In this document: positions 1-14,057 of the stretch, piece after piece | Numbering within the stretch: position 1 is the stretch's first letter | Layout: every line of letters starts with the position of its first letter | Assembly: GCA_964016885.1 (NCBI GenBank) | Contig: OZ024741.1 | Coordinates: forward strand, 112,778,001 to 112,842,000 | Source: Eledone cirrhosa | Lineage: Eukaryota | Direction: 5' to 3' | Length of the DNA: 64,000 bases | The notes under the pieces: model-generated | The model's input: the letters and a program-made list of their open reading frames with translations, nothing else | What the model was told of the DNA's origin: nothing | Database searches by the model: none | Made by a program: the position numbers and the translations under genes

Positions 1-1281
1 ATTCTGAAACTTCAAGAGCACTCCTACCAGTGATATGGAAGTCTAATAAGAAGGCATGGCTGATCACTTCAATTCACCAGGATTTTTTCACCTCATATCT
101 GTCACCAACTCTTAAGGAATATGCATTAGCTAACAACATTGCCAACCATTTTCTGTTATTAGTGGATAACGCCCCCAGCCACCCACGGGCAATGGAAGAC
201 TGGTCAGAAAATATTGAGGTTTTGTTTCTCCCCCCAAACACCACAGCTCTCATTCAGCCGATGTATCAAACAGTCATCAAAACATTTAAGGCATACTACC
301 AGCAGAGAACCATGCAGCAGCTGATAAAGGGCACACATGGGCCTGACAAGCCCACGATCAGGGAATGGTGGAAATTGTACAACATCAAGCACAGCTTAGA
401 CAATATCAAGACATCTTGGGAAGAAGTGAAGCAGTCTACCATGAACTTTGCCTGGAAGAAATTATGGCCAGCATGCGTGAATGACTTCCAAGGCTTTGTT
501 GAGGACATAAAAAAAGATTAAAAAAACGATAAAAAAAGATATTGTAAATCTCTGCCATAGAGCTGACTTCGATGGTGTTAATGATGATGATGTGCAAGAC
601 CTTTTGGAAAGCCACGCTGAACCACTCTCTAATGATGAACTCATAGAACTAGACAAGGCGATACAGGAGACAGAAAAAGAAGAAGAGGAGGAAGAAGAAC
701 CTGTGTGTGGCTTGGACATAAAAACTCTAGGAGAATGTCACGGGAGTATCGAAACAATCTTAGAAACCTTGAAGGAGCATGACCCCAACCCTGCCAGGAG
801 CAGCAAAGTGGCTCAAGACGTCGAGAAAAGCGTTAAGATTTACGAAGAAATGTATGAAGCCAAAAGAAACACCGCCAAACAGTTCTCCATCTACTCTTTC
901 TTCAAGCCAGTCACACCTGCCAACCGTGCTACAGCTGGCCCTTCAACATCCACTGCAGTCAACGAGTTTGTTGGTTTTGAGCCTCCCACATCACCCTCAT
1001 CCTCCCCTGCCAACTCAGCCCAAGATGAGTAAGGGCTGAAACCCATACTGTCCCTTAGCCTCGGGAGGGACAAATGAAGAGGCACATCATCTGATGGACT
1101 ACGCAGCATGTGTAAGGTACAGTAAATAACAAAAAACATTTCTTTTCTGTAGGGATGACTTTTTCGATGTGCTGGAACGCATCCCTATCTATTTCATGTT
1201 ATAATGGGTTCTTTTGACGGTAATTCGATATACAGTAAGGGTTTCAGGAACGCATAAATACCGTATATTGAGGACTCACTG
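1..1281 (+). mobile_element. pogo/Tigger-like DNA transposon, right part with terminal inverted repeat
   Basis: Contains a DDE_1-type transposase. Ends ...CCGTATATTGAGGACTCACTG followed by TA (reverse complement starts CAGTG, a Tigger-like TIR with TA target). The left end lies outside the window. Confidence 0.85.
30..1032 (+). pseudogene. pogo/Tigger DDE transposase C-terminal part, frameshifted
   Basis: Motifs W.SNKKAW, LLLVDNAPSHP and FLPPNTTALIQPM(Y)Q.VIKTFKAYY, followed by an acidic tail (PLSNDELIEL...EEEEE). ORFs 30-521 and 592-1032 are in different frames, broken at an A-rich ATAAAAAAAGAT duplication (~507-540). The conserved PMDQ reads PMYQ. Confidence 0.85.
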
Positions 1282-1499
1282 TATGTGTGTATATAAATAC
1301 ACTTGTATGCACACATGTATACATATTATTTTACTAGTTATTGTTTTATGGTAGATACATATTACTAGTTTTCAATTACTTGAAGATTAATGCTAAACAG
1401 CATTCACCAGATTCACATGGTTTCAGTAATGGTTATTTTATCTACACAGCAACTGAGTATTATAACTTTTTTTTTAAACCTATTACAAATATATATATA

Positions 1500-1550
<51 letters not shown>

Positions 1551-1553
<3 letters not shown>

Positions 1554-1597
1554 GCAAGCAGGGAAAAGCGGACGTAAAATGAAATGATGATGATGAT
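1551..1597 (+). mobile_element. Extreme 3' end of RTE family B next to (TA)n
   Basis: GCAAGCAGGGAAAAGCGGACGTAAAATGA(AATGATGATGA) matches the terminus (ASREKRT* plus tail) of the RTE at 45800-48318. Confidence 0.8.
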
Positions 1598-4198
1598 ACA
1601 CACACATATATATATATATACACACACATATATATATATGTGCATACATATACATATATATATATACATACACACATATATATAGAGATATATATTAGTT
1701 AGTAACATGCGCTTATGCTATCTGATTAAATAGAATTAGTTTATTAGTTGGGATTTTAAAAGACCCTCTGAATGGGAAAAAGGATGAGTATTGATGTACA
1801 TGGGACGCAAACCCACATCTTTGGTTTGCCGGACCAGTTACACCAACTAACTTTGCAAGCATGTGATCTTGTGTTACATCACACTGTGTGCCACTTTGAG
1901 CAAGTGTCTTAAACTATAGCCTTGTGAATGAATTTGGTAGCTAGAATCTGTATGATTGGTGTTAGAAAGGGTTTCCAGCCTTGGAAACAATGCAAAAATG
2001 TGTTCAGAAGGCCCTTCATACATGGCATGGTAACTTCTTTGGTTTCCTGAAAAATGACTCCAAATACCCTGTAAGGTGGTTGGCAATGTGGAAGGTATGC
2101 AGGTTTTGAATGGGTTGAGAGGGCTCTTAAGGTGTACCAAGAGAACAACAACCTTTCTAGTGTTGGTGACATGTTAAAATGCATTCAGTACACTCTGTAA
2201 TGTGGTTGGTGCTCAACCATAGAAATCTTGTTAAATAAAATGTGTCAAAGACGTGAGGATCTCTCTATTATTGGTGACATTATAAAATGCATCTGACTCA
2301 CTCTGTAGAGTGTAGGAGCATATGTCAGATACATTTTCGCACCTCTCTATGAGACCATTGGCTCTGGTTATGTACTGATTTGGTCTGTGACAACCATTTC
2401 AAACCTTCTTAGCAGGAAAAAACACATGTTAAATGATAATGACGATGTTTATGACATGCATGTGTTTGCAGGACAGTCACAGCATATGTTATATCAACAA
2501 TGCTTATAAAGCCTACAGTGAGTGTTATTTATGTACTTCATAAACAATACATCCAATAATGTAGTGTTTTGACAGGTGCTTGTGGAATGTAGCATAGATT
2601 GTATAGGGTATTTGTTGATACAAACAAGGGCATCCAGATATAAAGATAGAAAACCTTCCAGATAAGGGATTTTGTCGAGTATTTTGAAGAATGTGTTTGA
2701 ATTCATATCTTCTGCAGAATGTGTATGGTGGCTGGGGTTCATTGTAAAATTATGGGTTTTGTTTGCTTGATTTTGTGAATAGCATGGCTTTGATTTAGGT
2801 TCATTTATGTTCTAGTTAAGGCAAATAACAGTCTTAGTTAATATATATATCAGTGTGTGTATGTGATAGAGATATATTGATATATTTGTAGGAGTTTTGA
2901 GAATTATTCTCGTGTTTATTTTAATTCATTGTTAATGCCACAGCCATTAAACATGACAAAATAAGTATCAAGATTGATTTGAAATAAGCTTTATAATAGC
3001 ATTGAGCGTTCTGGTTAGAAAATATATGTATCTCATTTTATGTCTCTAGAATAATTGCTGTATTTGTTCTTGATTTCTACTCTGAGTTCAAAACTATTTA
3101 GGAGAGTATATTGGTGAATTATTAGAGTGTTGTATGAGAAATCTCAGCAGTATTTGTTCCATTTCTTTCTGTGACCTACTTGTAAGATAGACATAATTTA
3201 TCACCTGGTTAAATACTACCATTTGGCCTTTGAGTGACTTTAATGGAGCTACTCAGTTACAAACCCAGTTTTAAATCTAAATCTGGCCCTTGGGTGCCTT
3301 CAACAGAGTTTGCTTTGTTGCAAGTATTCAGGTCAACTCTCCCACCAGTCTTAGAGGCTGTAAAAAATGTCATAGGCACTATTCTTTGTTTTATGATGAG
3401 CCATAAATAAACAACAAAACAAGATGTGTCTGTTATTCTTTATTATTTGCAGTCTGTAGTGGCTTGTTGAGATTTTTATTTATGATTTATTAATGCAGTC
3501 TTCATTCTTGTGTTCTATATAAGGTAAAATTCCAAATGTTTCTTGTTGCTGGTGTTTTTGTTCAGTCCCGAGTTAACAGACCTATGATTAAACGTGTTTT
3601 GTTCATGAAAATCCTATCTTTTTTTGTTCACCATAGTGTATTTAAAACTACATTATCCAATGTTTTATTTTTAAAATAGCTGTGCAGAGGCATGTTAGTT
3701 GGGTTTATCTTATTAGTAGTTATGAAATAACTATTAAATGAATTTTAGGAAGACCTGTAGCCTTTATTTACAGCATTTCTGTTTTCTTTATACAACTTTG
3801 TGACATTGTTTGAGGCCACTTCATCTGGTAATAAAGTACTTGTTAAATACTATCACTTTGGCATCTTCTCATGAGATTTATCAATTAATGCTCAGCAGGA
3901 ACTGGATTTTGGCTAAAGCTGGCATCATGGTCTCTTGTAGGCTTCCTATGATTCTGCTGGTTAACTGAACAAGATATTCAAGATATTGACTATTGACATA
4001 AACATGCATAAGTGGCTGTATTTCTAATACCCCCAGGAAATGAATTATATTAAAGCTGAATAGATCTGGCTCCATAACAACTAGACATATCTATGTAGAA
4101 ATACAGCATCTGATGCAAAACATAGGAGTAAGTAACACAACTAGATTTGATTGATAGAAAATCAATAAAATTAGAATCACTTATTGTAAATTTAACAG

Positions 4199-4720
4199 AT
4201 TAACCCTTTCATTACCATATTTCTAAGGAAAGATATGGCCTCCAATTTTCAAATAACTTTGAAAATAATCAAGAATTTGAAAAAGATTTAGTAATACAAC
4301 TATCTTTCTTGTTATTGAGCATGTATCTGGAATATATATATATATGAAGGCCGTGGCTGAGTAGTTAGAGAATTTCATTCTCAATCGTGAGGTTGTGAGT
4401 TTGATTCTCGGACCTGGTCATGCGTTATGTCCTTGAGCAAGACACTTTATTTCACGTTGCTCCTTCTACCTGGAGTTGCGACCAATAGATAGTATTAGCA
4501 ATTGGAAAGACCAATGGAAACATCATTTCCTCAGTCCAATTTGACGAAAGTCGATCGACTATATATATATATATGGAATATAACTTAGCAAAGTTTCTTA
4601 CATAAAATCATGATGGAAATTTCTAGATAAATATGAACACTTTAACCCTTTTTTTAAAAAAAGCTACCTGAAACCATAACTGGTCCCATAATACAAAACT
4701 ATCTATTTTAAAATAAACCT
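4199..4720. mobile_element. Fragments of a TTAA/CCC-ended MITE family (piggyBac-like) interrupted by a tRNA-derived SINE (4348-4560)
   Basis: TTAACCCTTT at 4200 and 4642. The internal GAATTTG..AGATTTAGTAATA motif is shared with copies at 11388, 32240, 33560 and 45267. The SINE has an A/B-box head and TGTCCTTGAGCAAGACACTTT. Confidence 0.6.
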
Positions 4721-6124
4721 GTAGAGCAAATATTTATTATTAGTACAAATTAAAAGTTTAAGCAAAGAATTTCTGCTTTCATCCTAAACAGGATCATCTG
4801 AAACTGAGAAATATCAATCTGTAGATGCAGAAACAAATATTTTTTTTAAAATGACCAAATATGTGGCCTCAAATCAGCTCATGGAAATCCTTGTGGATAT
4901 CTATAGCTGGGTCCCTTCCCAGAACCATCTCAATCTTACAGTGTATTCATCCAATCATTAACCTCTTTATTATATGAGTTTTATTGACATCAACATACCT
5001 TGTCCTTACATGGCAAGAAATGTCTTTTCCACTCTATGCTGTCTCTTTTTTTTAAAGGCAAAAGTGCCCAAGAGAATAATTTAAAGGGTATTGGTGACCA
5101 AGTGAATAAATATGGAAAGGTTATGAACATGGAAAATGAAAGTACCAGTCTTGTATTGGTGTTGATTTTTCCTCTATATCTCTTTCTCACTTCCACTCTC
5201 TCACTTTCTATCCTTCTACTGTGTTCAGACCTGGAGAAGGATGAGATCCACCAGGCTTAAAATGTCCAAGAGATGCTGTATGCCAGTATAGCCCCCACCC
5301 CCACAACAACAACTCCATCAGGAATTATGGGACCATACATACATACATACATGCATACATGAATATGAATCTGATGGGAGAGAAAGTGGTACAAAGATGG
5401 TGGAAGGAGAGAGATAAGGATAGTTACATGCTGGTTGTTGGTAGGAGGGCAATAGGCATAAAAAATTGGCATATTTAAAAAAAAATAAACTGCTGAGGGA
5501 ATTGCAATCATTGGAAAATAAATGATTTCCCAAACTCTCATTAATATGATATTTCTTTTTTTTTTCTATTTTTTTCAGTATGACAACATTATTGTTACAT
5601 GTAGTTATATAGTAGAATTATTTTAATTGACAATATCACAATATCAGCCATTCCTAAAAAGAAATAAAATAAAGGAAACATGTCTAAATAAAATGAAGCA
5701 TTATAGCTATATGTGGAATCCATTAGAGTTATTGTTAGATACTGTGGATATTAAAAGTTCAGCTTGTTGCCAACATGATTTATAGATTAATTTTATATAA
5801 GTATTAATAGCAGAACACACCAAATGCATTGGATTTAAAATAGTTACCCTATTGTAAAAATAAAAATGATTTATTGTTAGAACATGTAATCTATATTATA
5901 ATAACATCTATAGTCTTTTGGTCTGTCAGTCACAGGAATGCTAGGATCTACCAAAAATGTTCTAGGATTTTTATTTAGAATTCATGTGGGTGGGGGTGGG
6001 GTCAAATATTTAAAGAGATCTAAAATATGTTCTCTCTCAGTAATGTTGGCTATTTCTCTCTTTCTGCCCCCCCCCCTTCTCTATATAAGTATATGTATAG
6101 GTATGTATTTTATGCATGTATATG

Positions 6125-6425
6125 TATGTAGGCAAAGTGTCAATGAACTTGGAGAGATAGTGGGAATAAGAGGGGCCAATGCAGTGTACATGACAGGAGA
6201 TTGAGGTGGTATGAACATGTGATGTGCATGGAAGATGACAGCTGTATAAATATGTGTAGGGTGCTCAAAGTTGATGAAACTATGGAAAAAGAAAGTCCTA
6301 GGAAAGCTTGGGATGAAATGATCAAATTTAACCTTGTACAATTAAACCTCTTAAATGAGATGATGCAGGATTGCAATCTCTAGTGTTATGCTGTACTGTA
6401 AAAGACCCCATTTCCCATGTTCATA
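6125..6425 (+). mobile_element. Decayed RTE LINE 3' fragment
   Basis: RQSVNELGEIVGIRG...RWYEHVMCMEDDSCI...PRKAWDEMI is homologous to the C-terminus of the intact RTE ORFs in this window. Confidence 0.8.
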
Positions 6426-6639
6426 GGATAAAACAAACATGTATATATATATACTGTAGTAAATGTTTGGTAGAAATGTCCATGGTTAAGAGCACTCAGT
6501 CCATAGGACGAGTTTATTTTTCTTTTTCTTATGACAGGTTTAATGAGTTGGAGTCCAGAACCCAACGAAACTTAAGTACTTGTTTATGGCACTGTTTTAA
6601 TTATACACACACACACATATATATATATACGTATATGTG

Positions 6640-7165
6640 CTGCTACAGAAAGTGGTTTGGTGTACACACAGGACTAACTGATATAGCCCTGTTCTGCCAA
6701 CAGGCTAAATTGAAGTTGCCATTCAAATCCATTGTAGAAGATTTTAAGGTTGGAAAGATAAGACTGGAGATAATTCTAGAAGACTCCCAAAAAACAACGT
6801 GGTCAGAGAAATACAGTTCCCTTTAAAGACAGACAGAGAGTGGAAAGTCCTTGATGCCATTGCAGATGCTAAAGAAAGCCTTGTCTGCAAAAAAAGTCAT
6901 TGTATTTTACTCAGATAGGGTCTAGGCACAAGCAAAGTACAATGGTAGTCAAAAGCTATAGATAAGCACTCTCAAGACGTGGTTATTCAGGAAGTGGTGA
7001 ATGAGAAGAAAAAGAGATACACAAAAGCAGTTCAACAGTCCCAAAGTGTCAAGTCAATGGATGAATTGGGATGAGGCATTGCAAAGTCACTAGCATGGAA
7101 AGAAGTGTGGCAGATGGCAACATTCATGGAAAGTTTCATTATACAAGTCATTGTACAGTCCAGTA
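6640..7165 (+). mobile_element. Decayed RLE-type (HERO/R2-group-like) non-LTR retrotransposon fragment
   Basis: RKWFGV..GLTDIALF...KLKLPFKSIVEDFKVGKIRL.IILEDS, then LKTDREWKV.DAI and AVQQSQ..WMNW across frameshifts. This is the post-RT motif series of HERO-like elements. Confidence 0.6.
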
Positions 7166-7914
7166 CTGGAGTCGATCCTTCCTCTATCTCTCTGTATCAT
7201 TCTCTCTCTTTCTTTCTCTGGAAGACATGAGCAGTGGTATGAATTGGAGAAGGATGAGGTTTTAAATGCCCAAGATAACCCATGTATCAGAACACTACCC
7301 CTATGATGCTATAAGGAGTGAATGGCTTTTTACCCTTACCACATGAATTAGATTCTCAGCTCAATGAAACAACTGACTACTCATCGTTGAAACCAATGGA
7401 GGATCTATCACCATCAATGGAGCTACTGCATACTGCAGAATCGGCTTCTCTACTTACAAGAACATTTGCTGTTTGTGTGTAAAGTATTTAGATTGTGGTT
7501 GGTGATGTAGAAGCACTGCAGTTTTTAATGGAACTACTGTTGATAATCCACAAATAATCCATCAATCGCTTGACAGCTTTTTATTCTTATTCTTGGCACA
7601 CTCCAGCTGTATTAAATTCACAATTTAGTTTCAATTTCAGACGGAAGCCATTTTTCTTTGGTTAAAGTAGAAATTTCTGGAATTCTTACTTCTTTTACTC
7701 TAAGCATTTCAAACTATTTGTTTATTTCCTGAGGCTTGAACATTTTCTTTCCTTTATATCATTCATAATCAGTATATCACTATATTATTCATTGGTACAG
7801 GCATTATTGCTGTGTGGTTAAGCAGTTCATTTTGCAACCCTGTGGTTTCGGCTTTATTACCACTGTAGAAACTTGGCCAAAATGTCTTTTACTATAGCCT
7901 CAAGTAAACCAAAG

Positions 7915-8038
7915 CTTAAACATGCACATACTCCCTCACACACACAAACACAAACACACCCACACACACACACACACACATACACACGTGTGTGTGTGTG
8001 TGTGTGTGTGCGCGTGCGTGTGCGTGTGTGTGCGTGTC

Positions 8039-8071
<33 letters not shown>

Positions 8072-8100
8072 ATAGATAGATATCTATCCACACACACATC

Positions 8101-8134
<34 letters not shown>

Positions 8135-8232
8135 GACACGCACACGCACACGCACACACACACACACACACACGTGTGTATGTGTGGGTGGGTTTGTGTT
8201 TGTGTGTGTGAGGGAGTATGTGCATGTTTAAG
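7915..8232. repeat. ~320-bp near-perfect palindrome of (CA)n/(TG)n with unique outer arms
   Basis: CTTAAACATGCACATACTCCCTCACAC... mirrors ...GTGTGAGGGAGTATGTGCATGTTTAAG; axis at GATAGATAGATATCTATC (~8080). Confidence 0.9.
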
Positions 8233-8439
8233 TTTACTGTTTATGTTCTATGAGTTAGCTATTTGACAAAAAAGATTGATCAACTACATACCAAGCTTGA
8301 TGGTACCCCAGCCTTGTCACAGTCTAATAACTAAAATAATAAAAGAAAAAAAAAAGAATAAGAATAAAATAGTAAAGGGAGCCTAGAAGATTATCTTGGC
8401 CAATAGAGTTGATCCCCTACCCATCAGATGAGAATTGCC

Positions 8440-9090
8440 TGATTGGTTGCTGTCCAGTTAAAAATAGTCTGCTCATTCATATTACTGAATTCTATGAACC
8501 TTGAACACTCTTTATTTCTCAAACTATTCTGGTGCTATCCAACATACCCATTGAATGTGCCAGTTATGATGATAAAGTCTCTGGCATCTGTTACTAAAGT
8601 TTTTTGTAAGATGTTCTAATATAAACAGTCCTTTTGCTTATTACTATTCTGAGTTTGATAATTTTGACATGTCCTCTAACTACCTCATTTACCTTACCAA
8701 TCTGTTTCTTAGCTAGTAGAATGCTTACTCCACATATTCCATCATCATTTCCTACCCAGAAGAGCTTATCATCATCATCATCCTCGTTTAACATATATTT
8801 TCCACGCTAGCATGGGTTAGATGGGTTTGTCTCATTAGAGGCAAGTTGGGTCAGGAGACTGTGTCTTGCTCATATAGGACTGTTTATGGCTAGATTTCTA
8901 CAGCTGGATGGTCTTCCTTATGCTTATATCTATGCTATTTGCCTGTAAGGAGTATGACTGATACCACTCACCACCATCATTTCACCTCTTGCACACAGTA
9001 CACATTAACTCATCTTTGCTCAAGCATCTCCACAATTTCTCCCATACTACCTTTCAGTGTGCCAACACTGAGAGTGGTAGCTCTGAAATA
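8440..9090 (-). mobile_element. Decayed RTE AP-endonuclease fragment interrupted by a retroposon tail
   Basis: Minus strand reads SVGTLKGSMGEIVEMLEQR*VNVYCVQEV ... LTGK*HRY|KLFWVGNDDGICGVSILLAKK.I.KV.EVVR..IIKLRIVI, typical of the RTE APE N-terminus. Confidence 0.75.
8770..8921 (-). mobile_element. 5'-truncated SINE/RTE-tail insertion with (GAT)n tail and 6-bp TSD
   Basis: CCCATGCTAGCGTGGAA...TTAAAC(GAT)n on the minus strand. GCTTAT is duplicated at 8764-8769 and 8922-8927; removing the insert restores the APE frame. Confidence 0.75.
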
Positions 9091-10353
9091 GTTTACCTTA
9101 CTACATGGGGATTCCATTGTTGATAGGTCATCTTATGGCAATAGATCTCTATACCTGAAAGGGTGTGTGATCACTTTATGACAATCAAAGGATTCTCACA
9201 CAGGACTAGATTAGCCGCCCCACTACTGTGTGCAGCATTAAGATAGTTTTTGTAAATCTTATATACTCAGTTATTTTCAATATTGTAGGGTTTTCTAATC
9301 ATAGATTTTTGGCAGAAGTTTTCTATTAGCAACCACTTTACAGTATATACTGGTTGCACTTTATCATGTCACATGTATCAGAGAGGTTGTCTGTCAGGAC
9401 TTAATAGTCTTCTCTACTCTGTATCAGTTTTTATTCTGAATAAATACCCTCCTGTACCCTGCAGTCTTATTTATTCAGTGTGCCAATTTTCCTAGATGGG
9501 ATGCTTTGTTATTGGCTTGTAGAATCAGCATCTATTCTGTACAGTTTTATTTACTCATAATTAATGCTCTCCAATACAGGCTGCCTCCCCTGCAGCATAT
9601 GGAGCCCACATTTGAAAAATAAAGTTGTTTTAAAAAACGATTGATTTTGAAGGTATATTTTCAAAACATTAATAAAATCTATTTAATTTAAAAGCAGATT
9701 TTATGACAGATTTTGACAAATATTTGTTCAATGACACCTTTTATATCTTTGTCTACCATATGATATTTCTGAATACCACTTCATTTTAATTTATAACTAC
9801 AGCCATATTCTAGTAGATAACCATATGAAGAATTGAATATTGTCCTATTTTTATGCCTCTAAGTCATTATATATAAATACTTCAGTTCAAGAATTTTCTA
9901 CTTACAATTATATATTCTCTTTCTTGGCACTATCTTTCATTCTCAAAGGTCTGTTGCTCATTGATTAGAAATGTTGGTTTCACAGTTGTCAGGTTGTGAG
10001 TTCAAACATCAGATTAGACAGAACATTGTGTCTTTGGACAAGTTACTTTATTTCATGTTGTTCCAGTCGCCACAGCTAAAACAAATATCACCACCCCCAG
10101 TTGATGGTTAACTTCATGATAGACAGGCAAAGCATTCCATTTATGAGTGAGTTTTAAACTTTCAGTTGCATAATGCCACATGTAACCAGACCTGATCAGT
10201 TTCTAGGCTCGATTATGAAAGATGTTAATAAATTATATTAGTTTCATCCAGTCAATACTCTTACTTTTGAAATTTAAGATATTCAACATAGTCTCTGGCT
10301 AATGATTGGTGCGACATAATTATACAGTGATAAATTACTATAATTGTCCCCAT

Positions 10354-10853
10354 TGTTTAATGTCAACACAATTTTGATAAAATGTTGAAAGAAATGTCAT
10401 AGCTTGGGTTGATGATATTGTATAAAACTTCATGAATATGAGTTTAAAAACCTTGAGAGCAGAAGAGAAGAGAGGATGAGCATATGAGAGATGTACATTA
10501 TTGAAAATGTGCCGTGTGCCTCCTAGTTTAAGGAAGAGATATATCATGTTCATGTGTGTCATAAGAGGCTGTAAAACATTGGCTCCAAAATCTCATCCTA
10601 TCTCTGCCAGATGTCTTTCCTGACATAAATCCTTTTAATTGCCTTTTATGACACAAGAATATGGTATATCTATTCTCTAAACCAGGATACACATGGTATA
10701 TTTTCAATAATATACACCTCTCATATGCTCACCCTCCCTCTCTTCTTCTCTCAAGGTTTTTAAACTCATATGCATGAGCTTTTTATATAATATCATCAAC
10801 CCAAGTTATGACATTTCTTTCAACATTTTATCAAAATTACGTTGACCTTAAAC
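10354..10853. repeat. ~500-bp foldback element (inverted arms ~220 bp, spacer ~60 bp)
   Basis: ATTTTGATAAAATGTTGAAAGAAATGTCATAGCTTGGGTTGATGATATT mirrors AATATCATCAACCCAAGTTATGACATTTCTTTCAACATTTTATCAAAAT; similarity decays toward the centre. Confidence 0.85.
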
Positions 10854-11387
10854 TTCTTCTATTTGGGTACTTAGTGAAATTCCGAGTGACTCATATTTTA
10901 TCTCATTTCCCACAACACTAACCTTTATCATATAGAACTTCTGTCTAGTTGGATCCAACCTCCAGATCAGTGTGTGATCAACTATGATAAATTATTGATT
11001 TCCCTCTTAAACTGACAATTACTTATCTTCTAGAAGAGATACAGCCATCTGTATTGACTAGAGCATTTAACTAGAGAATTATTTATCAACCCCAAATGGA
11101 CACACTGTAACAGCTTAAAAGGTTATGAGGTGGGGGATATTCTCTCTGATTGGATAATAAGTAATAAGCTAGTATCTCATAGTGAACTACTAATACAAGT
11201 TTATAAGTTCAAACATTGCTGTTGGCTGTAAATAGAGCTTTTTGAAAAGATGCAATATTTGTTTCATGCTTATGAAGAAATCTATACACAAAAATATAGG
11301 GTAAGTGGTTGATACTGGGAAGTAATACATCTGCTCAGTCAATATATACAAATACCAACATTTTAAAACCACCCAAGTATTATTCAC

Positions 11388-11618
11388 CTTAACCATTTCA
11401 TTACCATATTTTGTCTGTATGTTTCAAATAATTTTGAAAGTAATCAAGAATCTGTGGAGATTTAGTAATATAGCTAACTTTTTCATTATTATGCTGTTAT
11501 TTGGAGCAGAACTTAACAAAAGTTTTTACATTAAATTATTATGGAAGGCTTTTAAACAAATAAATATATATTTTAAAATCAGGAGTGGTTTTAGGTTGTC
11601 CAGTATTGAAAGGGTCAA
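11388..11618. mobile_element. TTAA/CCC...GGG MITE (piggyBac-like), ~230 bp
   Basis: Starts TTAACCATTTCATTACCATATT and ends GAAAGGGTCAA; homologous to 45267-45502. Confidence 0.55.
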
Positions 11619-12129
11619 TAAAATAACTGACATACAAAACTTTAAAAAAATCTATAATTGTTTTGTTCCTTTATTGTATAGTTAAAATTAAAATTAATTA
11701 AAATAATATGCAAAAGAAATATTTGAATTATACCACAGCAAAATATTTTCAAGAAAATGACTGTATTCAAATTCATATATATTTAGCTGTAGAAGCAAAT
11801 ATATTTCCCATTTGAACTTTAATGATTAAATTAAGCTAATTCTATATCAATTTAGTCATAAAACCATTTCTGCAGATCTGACAATTATGAGTTCTCACTT
11901 GTAAGGTTTTATATGCTCTTGTCAGGAAAGTAGATGATGTTTAATTTGAAATGTGTCTTTTCCTATTCTTGTAAAAGCTGTTCCAAGTGAATTCTCCCAT
12001 CGCCTGATCAAACTACTGTCCATTGCATTGATTAGCATATAGTTTCTTCAAGTCACAATAAAAGATCGATTATTATGAATTGCTTGTTAATTACAGCTAG
12101 AGAAATAAAAACTTATACATTCTTCTAGA

Positions 12130-12800
12130 ATAGAATGTTTCTCAAATTTTTCTTTCACTTTTGATTCACTCAATTCTCTTTTTGTTCATTCTACCTTTCA
12201 TTCATTATTGTATTCCTTTTTCTTGTCTTTCTTTCTTAATTCTTTCCTTTCTTTTCCCATTTTCTCAAAGTTACCAATGGACATATTACATCCATACCTT
12301 CTCCCTATGTGTCTATGCCATTAAATTGGCTAAACTAATGAGTGTCAGCCATAGCAACACTCTTTCCCCTACTCACTGCTTTTCATTTACTGAATTATAA
12401 ATTATCATTCTTAGTTTTATCTCGTTCACTCCATCCTACACCCCACATTATAGTTTTTCTTTCTCTTTTCGATTATCTTTCTCATTCTCCTCCATCCATT
12501 TTCTTCTTTTTCTACTGTCCATTTTTCAACTTATCATTTTAACTTTCTCTTTCTTAGTGGTTATCGTAACTTTTTTCCCTTTTCCTTCTTTTTTCCTATC
12601 TCTCTCATTTATCACACCCCCTCCTATTATTTCTGTTTACTTCTTTCCCCTTTTATTTTGTCTACTTCTTCCTCTGTTGTTTTTATCTGATTTTGCTCTT
12701 TCATTCTCTTTCTATATATTTTTGACTGCCTCAATTTCATTCCAATTCTCATCATCTTCCAATCAAATCATCTTTTCTTTCCTCTTGCAACAATGTTCTT
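12130..12800 (+). repeat. Long pyrimidine-rich (CT-rich) low-complexity tract
   Basis: About 670 bp strongly enriched in T/C on the plus strand. Confidence 0.7.
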
Positions 12801-13796
12801 AACTCCCCCCCCCCCAACACTCGATAATGATAATAAAATAATAACAATAATAATGATGATGATAATAATAATAATACTAATGATAATTTATAATTTACCC
12901 CTCCCACCTGCCAAGAAGTTGACTGAAGCACTAGTGTCTGGATAACTATAGTGGCAATTGAATGTCTGATAGAGGCCAAATTCCCACAATGGGTCATTCT
13001 GAAGATAACCAGATATCACAGGAAAAGAAGTGAGGCAGCAAGAAGCTGCAGTTCTGTGGTTTTATTGTTCTGATTTCAGTAGCTTTTCTTTAAAAAGCTC
13101 TACTAAATGTCATATTGATGTAAAAACTTGCTAATGAACTGTCTTCTTTTTTATTTTTTGTGTGTGAATGTGTGGGTATGTGTGTTTGACAGAGGCAGTG
13201 GGAACAAGCAAAATTGAATACTTTCCCATATCCACACTAACATGCAGACACACACATGCACACTAACATGCAGGCACACACACATGCACACTATCATGTA
13301 CAAACACACACATATTCAAAAGTTCACATCCACATTACCATCCATATCTACATGTTCACACACATATACACTAACACACATCCACACACTTGCACATACA
13401 CAAGTATGCAAAGGTTCTCATCCAGACACTTGCTATCATTTACATATGCTTTAATGCACATGTAAGCAAACTTATATACAGGTGCATACATGGACTGATG
13501 CTCAAAACCTCTAACCTTCAGTCTCTCCCCAACCCTACTTGGTCTCTGCATACACACACATACATTTACATATGTTAATGCACATTCACTTATACACATA
13601 CACATATATATAAATTCTCACACCTATGATACACAGAGGCACAGTCATGACTTCGTGGTTAAGTGATTTACTTCAGAGCCATGTGGTTTCAGGTTCAAAC
13701 TCACTGAATGGCACATTAGGCAAATGCTTTCTAATAGTCTTGTGTTAACCAATGCTTTGCAAGAGAAATTAGGAACACAATGACTGTGTAGAAGCC

Positions 13797-13865
<69 letters not shown>

Positions 13866-14057
13866 TAGATAGATATATATATATCATCCCAGAAAACCTA
13901 GTCATAGGGGCGCTGTAATGACATACACTGTTTCTTGGACATTTTAAGTCTGGCGAAGCTCATCGCTCTCCAGGCCTGAGCACAGCAGATTTCTTCCAGA
14001 GAAAGATAGAAAGAGAGAGAGAAGAAATGAGAAAGAGATGCAGAATAAGAATTGATT

